The notes beneath the pieces were generated by a model. The model was given only the letters and a program-made list of their open reading frames with translations, was not told where the DNA came from and did not search any database. A program made the position numbers and the translations under genes. From an uncultured Candidatus Saccharibacteria bacterium (GTDB lineage Bacteria > Patescibacteriota > Dojkabacteria > J137), in contig CAZUKH010000001.1 of NCBI GenBank assembly GCA_964620955.1, forward strand, positions 53,481 to 117,480: 64,000 bases of DNA, read 5' to 3'. Position 1 is the first letter of the stretch; the number at the start of each line of letters is the position of its first letter. Below, piece after piece: positions 59,280 through 64,000 of this stretch.

Positions 59280-60636
59280 GGTCTTTGGCAATTATTGCCT
59301 TAATAGAGCTAAGTAATCTTTTCTTTGAAGATTCATCTCCAAATCTTGAAATAGCAAGTTCAGCAATTGCTTTGTTATTCCACTTAGTTTTTACAAACTT
59401 ATCTAATGTGTCTAGGTATTTTTGAATGTCAGCTTTTGTCAACGACTTAAATGGTGGTTTTAATTCGACAAAAGGATTAAAAGATAAGGGTTCAATATCT
59501 GAAAGATATCCATTCTTACCCTCTTCCACAATTTCATTTACGGCTCCAACGTTAGTGCTAATTACTGGTACCCCAAAAGACATTGCCTCAGCTGCAGTTA
59601 ACGGAATGCCTTCCACAAATGAAGTAAATGCAAGGCCATCTATTTGATTAAAGAACTCTAGCGGAGGCATATTACCTTCACCTCCAACTTTTCCTATGTA
59701 CTTAATAAATTCACAATTCTCGATTTCTTTCTTAAATTCTTGTTCGTACTCCGGCACATTTTCGTGAATAGGTCCTGCAATTAATAATTTAGTACTTTTA
59801 TGAGTTTTATGAAATTCTTTGAATATTCTTACAAGCCCTAATGTATTTTTTTCTGGGCTAACTCTTCCCAAGTAGCCTAAAACAAAATTATTACTTTCGT
59901 TAGATTTCAGCTTTACTTGTGAAAGATCGTTGTTACCATTGAACATTGGGTTATAAAGTACACTAACTCTATCTTGAGGAAACCATGGAACCTTTTCTAA
60001 AAACTTATCTTTTATAAGTTTACTAATGCAAAAAACATGGTCTAGCAATAATGCATCTGGGGTAACTGAAAAAGCCTCTAGCCAACCCGAAAGATGGTCG
60101 TGAATTATAAAACAAACTCTAGTTTTAGGATTTACCTGCTTTATAAACCTAATATTGGGGAAATTAAGTGCAATGTAAACGAATTTATACCTTAAAAGCT
60201 TGTATGCTGGAGACCACGACTCTCTAATAGGAAAATGTTTTCTAAGCTCATCAACAACTGGCCCTTCGGCTTTTTGAAATACCACTTCGCAATCATATTC
60301 TTCTGAAGCATACATAACATGCTTTTGCATTACTCTCTCAGCTCCTCCTACAAGCCCCATATTACAAGCAAATGCAATTTTGTTGGATGGGAAAAATCTA
60401 TTTAGGAATTTATTAGTAACAATTGCATATTTTCTTCTAAGTGCACGGGCTATTACTTTTGCAAAAAATGGTAAAAGTATTAATGGAGCAAGTACAAGTT
60501 TTAAGGGGTTTTTAAGCATTGATTTAAGAATTTCACCCAACTGGTAAAATGATGCGTTTTCGAGAGTTGCTGTGCGGTGTCTAAAATAATTTAGTTCAAG
60601 TCTAAGACGGCTATTTTCTTCTCGCAGGTCTTCCAT
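59263..60636 (-). CDS. Glycosyltransferase family 4 with an N-terminal coiled-coil/TM extension
   Basis: GIPLTAAEAMSFGVPVISTNVGAVNEIVEEGKNGYL (E-X7-E region). The N-terminus has heptads and a TM (LVLAPLILLPFFAKVIA). Confidence 0.75.
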   Translation of the reverse strand: MEDLREENSRLRLELNYFRHRTATLENASFYQLGEILKSMLKNPLKLVLAPLILLPFFAKVIARALRRKYAIVTNKFLNRFFPSNKIAFACNMGLVGGAERVMQKHVMYASEEYDCEVVFQKAEGPVVDELRKHFPIRESWSPAYKLLRYKFVYIALNFPNIRFIKQVNPKTRVCFIIHDHLSGWLEAFSVTPDALLLDHVFCISKLIKDKFLEKVPWFPQDRVSVLYNPMFNGNNDLSQVKLKSNESNNFVLGYLGRVSPEKNTLGLVRIFKEFHKTHKSTKLLIAGPIHENVPEYEQEFKKEIENCEFIKYIGKVGGEGNMPPLEFFNQIDGLAFTSFVEGIPLTAAEAMSFGVPVISTNVGAVNEIVEEGKNGYLSDIEPLSFNPFVELKPPFKSLTKADIQKYLDTLDKFVKTKWNNKAIAELAISRFGDESSKKRLLSSIKAIIAKDPIPVS

Positions 60637-60759
60637 AAAACAAGTGTATTTATTAATATTTAACTTTTCTTACGGAGTATACCAGATAAGTTTTTAGAGG
60701 TGTTATATATCTTCTTGGCAGACTTGTAAAAAATGTTGTTACTTTACGTTATACTCAAT

Positions 60760-61494
60760 TTAGACTTTCGTTGCTACTGCAAAAAGATTTTTTCCGATTG
60801 GTGGTTTTACAAGACTTTCAAGCCTTCTTAAAACTGGGATAACTAACCTATCATAAAGTTTTACTTGAGAAGGGGCTAAATCTTCCTTTCTTAGTAGCTT
60901 AAAACTAATAAGCCATGGCAAAATACCTATAGGGTCTGAGTAATGAAGCTCTTTAGTTTTAAATCCATTCTTTTCAATTAAGTTTCTTAAAGTTTTTTTG
61001 TTATATCTTCTGTAATGTCCAACTTTTTGATCAAATTTGCCCATAAGCCAATTAAGCGCAGGAACATAAATACACAAATTTCCTCCGTCTTTTAGAAGCT
61101 TTCCTGCATGCGCAACTTCTTTATGATCTTTTTGCACGTGCTCTAATACATTTATATAAAAAAGACTATCTAGCTTTTTATCTAATTTTAAATATGATGG
61201 GTCACCTAAGAACGAATTTATAGTTTTGACATTTGGGTATTTTGAAAGATTTTCCTGCAATGCTTTAAACATCTCTGTTGATGGCTCAATAGCCGTAAGT
61301 GATTTAGGTGCTTTTTCTAAAAGATATTTACAAAAGGTTCCACTACCTGCACCAACTTCACCAACATTATCACCCATATATTTACCAAATTTTTTTATTA
61401 ACCAATTGTAATAATTTTTTGCTTCTTCCATTGACTCGAGGTCAAGCCCTATATAATTTGAATTTTTTGCTGTTGTTCTATTAGCTTTTGCCAT
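60760..61494 (-). CDS. Class I SAM-dependent methyltransferase
   Basis: Motif I VGEVGAGSGTFCKYL and a post-I acidic residue (AIEPS). Length 244 aa. Confidence 0.75.
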   Translation of the reverse strand: MAKANRTTAKNSNYIGLDLESMEEAKNYYNWLIKKFGKYMGDNVGEVGAGSGTFCKYLLEKAPKSLTAIEPSTEMFKALQENLSKYPNVKTINSFLGDPSYLKLDKKLDSLFYINVLEHVQKDHKEVAHAGKLLKDGGNLCIYVPALNWLMGKFDQKVGHYRRYNKKTLRNLIEKNGFKTKELHYSDPIGILPWLISFKLLRKEDLAPSQVKLYDRLVIPVLRRLESLVKPPIGKNLFAVATKV

Positions 61495-61620
61495 AAAATT
61501 TAGTAAATTAGTATCTTTAATATTAACTGATTACTAAAATATTTCAATACTTGACTTTAGTTGAAGATAGCATTTAAGCTTTTTTTTGGATTTAAAAATT
61601 TATTTTTGATATAAATTAGT

Positions 61621-64000
61621 ATGTACTATAAAAAGACTTTACTAAAAGGGATTTTGATATTTTTCTTTACAATTTCTTTACTAGCTGGACAAATTAATAT
61701 TGCATTTGCACAAATAATTAATCTTGAAGTAATTATTGATAGAAAGGTGCTGGAATTAACTGTTGATCAAGCGTATGACAAAAGTCTTATTGTTGTGGAA
61801 TTTGAAGAGAATATCTCACGGGAAGAGGCTGAAGCAAAGATTAGTGAGAAATCTGGTAGAAATTCACTAACAAGTCACCTTGAAGGGAATAATTACTTTT
61901 TTGAAAAATCAAACTTTAAGTTTATTCCTGTTAGTTCTGATTCAAGTGTTGAGGCAGAGCTAGAAGAGTATCTTAAAGACCCCTTTGTAAAAAGTGCTAC
62001 TCCAAACTACATAAGGCAGTTAAACTGGACAGATAATGGTACGACTGTTACTCCCTCAGAGTGGAACGCCACAAGTCATTGGAATTTAGACAAAATAGAT
62101 ATGCCAGAAGTTTGGGAGTCACAAAATTGCGACACCGATAACCCAAGTTGTGGTGGCGAGTCAGACGTTATTGTTGCTGTTATTGATACAGGGTTGGCAT
62201 TTGAGGACTACACGGCATCATATAAAGTTGAATCGACAGCAATGACAAATGTTGCTTTTACCAAAGCCCCGGAGCTTTCTTCCATTAACCTTTGGTTCAG
62301 CTCAGATTCTTATGGTGGTGGAGATGAAGACAATAACGGTGTATGTGATGACAGGCATGGATTTGATGCAGTCCAATTCTCACTTAATCTTGTTGACTAC
62401 CCTAGTGATAGGATGACAAGGTGTACAAGCGGGCAAGCTCAAGTAGTTAAAGAAGGTCATCCAAATGATGATCACGGCCATGGCACTTTTGTAACAAATG
62501 TAATTGCTGCCTTGCCAGATAATGCTTCAATAAGCGCCGGGGTTGCACATAAGTTAACAATTATGCCTATAAAAGCAATTAATGCAAACAATAGCGGCAC
62601 AATTACAGATGTGTATTTAGGTATTTTGTATGCAGTGGATAATGGTGCACAAATTGTTAATTTAAGCCTTGGCGGATCGACGACTTCGCCTTTGGAAGAA
62701 TTTGCGGTTAATTATGCTTACCAGAATAATGTAATGCTTATTGCTGCTTCTGGCAATGGAGGATCTGCAACTGGAATAGATTATCCAGCTAGGTATGCCA
62801 TAAACTATCCGAATGTACTTGCAATTGGATCAACAACTAGTTCCGATACTAGGGCAAGCTATAGCGACTATGGTACTGGGATAAGTATGTCTGCTCCTGT
62901 TGGTACAGGTGGCGCAGGAAATACAGTATTGCAACAAACGCTCACATGCTACACTAATTCGGTTACGCCACCTACACCACCTTGTCCTCCCCAAACATCT
63001 GACTTTTCGGCCTTCTCGGCAGTAACTGCAGTTGGCACATCTTTTGCTGCCCCACAGGTAAGTGCAGTAATTGGCCTAATGAAAAGCAATAACCCTAGCC
63101 TAACCATTTCACAAATTAGAAATATTTTGTTTGGAACTGCCCAAGATATAACTTCAACTGGCACTGGGTACGATACTCAAACGGGTTACGGCAATGTGAA
63201 TGCCTTTAGAGCTATAAACTATTCCGGATGGGGCAGCTGGACTCAAAATCCTGGGTTTACTTTTAACAGTATTGCAATGGCTACTTTTGGAGGCAAGCTT
63301 TACCAGGCAGTTAGAGGTACAGACTCTGCAAGTTCTATTTGGATGCGCACTTCTACTGATGGTGAATTCGACGGAGGAGAAGGAGAAAACTGGTCTAACT
63401 CTTCATCGGATGGTGTACCGCAAGGCACTACTAAACAAGCGCTTAGTTTTGCTGTATATAACAGTAGATTATATATAACTAGAGTTGGATTAGATTCTAA
63501 GATTTATACAGCATACACGGAGGATGGTACTACTTGGACAAGCTGGACAGAAAGCGGCGGAAGCACTTCAGATGGGGTAACAATGGCCTCATTTAATCCG
63601 GGTGGAGGCGAAAGGCTTTACCAGTATGTTAAAAGTATATTTAATACTGAAATTTATTCAAGATATACTACAGATGGCGTTTTTGATAACTCTGCTAATA
63701 ACGAAAGATGGGCTTTAAATCCAGGCTTTAGCCCTAATTCGGGAGACTTAGAGGTTTTTTCAGGCAAGTTATATTTAACTGTCAGGGGTACTGATAATGG
63801 AATTTACATGCGGTCTACAACAGATGGAAATACATGGACAGCCTGGGCTGCATTAAGTGGAGCTACGCTGGACTCTCCTACACTCCAATCGCATGCGGGT
63901 AAACTCTACTTGGTTGTAGCAGGTACAGACCAAAGGATTTACACAAGAAGCACAACTGATGCAACAAGCTGGATAAACTGGGTAGAACTTTTGGGATGGA
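61621..64000 (+). CDS. Secreted subtilisin-like serine protease (S8) followed by tandem ~70-aa beta-propeller-type repeats. The C-terminus lies beyond the window.
   Basis: Signal peptide ILIFFFTISLLAGQINIAFAQ. The catalytic triad motifs are VIVAVIDTGL (D), HGHGTFVTNVIAA (H) and GTSFAAPQVSAVIGLM (S). Repeats GKLYQAVRGTDSASSIWMRTSTDGE / GKLYLTVRGTDNGIYMRSTTDGNTWTAW / GKLYLVVAGTDQRIYTRSTTDATSW follow. The frame stays open to position 64000. Confidence 0.8.
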   Translation, partial: MYYKKTLLKGILIFFFTISLLAGQINIAFAQIINLEVIIDRKVLELTVDQAYDKSLIVVEFEENISREEAEAKISEKSGRNSLTSHLEGNNYFFEKSNFKFIPVSSDSSVEAELEEYLKDPFVKSATPNYIRQLNWTDNGTTVTPSEWNATSHWNLDKIDMPEVWESQNCDTDNPSCGGESDVIVAVIDTGLAFEDYTASYKVESTAMTNVAFTKAPELSSINLWFSSDSYGGGDEDNNGVCDDRHGFDAVQFSLNLVDYPSDRMTRCTSGQAQVVKEGHPNDDHGHGTFVTNVIAALPDNASISAGVAHKLTIMPIKAINANNSGTITDVYLGILYAVDNGAQIVNLSLGGSTTSPLEEFAVNYAYQNNVMLIAASGNGGSATGIDYPARYAINYPNVLAIGSTTSSDTRASYSDYGTGISMSAPVGTGGAGNTVLQQTLTCYTNSVTPPTPPCPPQTSDFSAFSAVTAVGTSFAAPQVSAVIGLMKSNNPSLTISQIRNILFGTAQDITSTGTGYDTQTGYGNVNAFRAINYSGWGSWTQNPGFTFNSIAMATFGGKLYQAVRGTDSASSIWMRTSTDGEFDGGEGENWSNSSSDGVPQGTTKQALSFAVYNSRLYITRVGLDSKIYTAYTEDGTTWTSWTESGGSTSDGVTMASFNPGGGERLYQYVKSIFNTEIYSRYTTDGVFDNSANNERWALNPGFSPNSGDLEVFSGKLYLTVRGTDNGIYMRSTTDGNTWTAWAALSGATLDSPTLQSHAGKLYLVVAGTDQRIYTRSTTDATSWINWVELLGW

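Overview
AT-rich (~35% GC) bacterial chromosomal window using the standard genetic code (TGA, TAA and TAG all terminate genes; TGG encodes Trp). Gene content and protein signatures suggest a small-genome, CPR/Patescibacteria-like bacterium, though nothing here is diagnostic. Housekeeping content is dense: class I ribonucleotide reductase nrdA-nrdB; recA; recF; gatB; greA; enolase convergent with pyruvate kinase; a complete F1Fo ATP synthase operon atpI-like-B-E-F-H-A-G-D-C; trpS; trigger factor; nfo; rnhB; SufS-like cysteine desulfurase; an archaeal-type UMP kinase; and the ribosomal alpha-operon block infA-rpmJ-rpsM-rpsK-rpsD-rpoA-rplQ followed by rplM-rpsI. Between these lie many secreted or membrane-anchored hypothetical proteins, three GT4 glycosyltransferases, a GT2, a UDP-xylose synthase, and two paralogous giant membrane proteins sharing a conserved L-x-L-x-N-x(7-9)-GG-x-I-x-AYG...DGN motif, one of which is fused to an SDR/epimerase-like domain. 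The most unusual items are: a 67-68 nt tRNA-derived element that has an acceptor stem, T-arm and encoded CCA but no room for a D-arm; an in-frame TAG splitting a GT-C-like membrane glycosyltransferase within a surface-glycosylation cluster; a minimal 78-aa ATP synthase delta subunit; an expanded NrdA; a 9-bp tandem repeat encoding (GST)n in a secreted protein; a long perfect inverted repeat at the eno/pyk junction; and a candidate NrdR operator upstream of nrdA. No CRISPR array, integrase, transposase or rRNA was seen.
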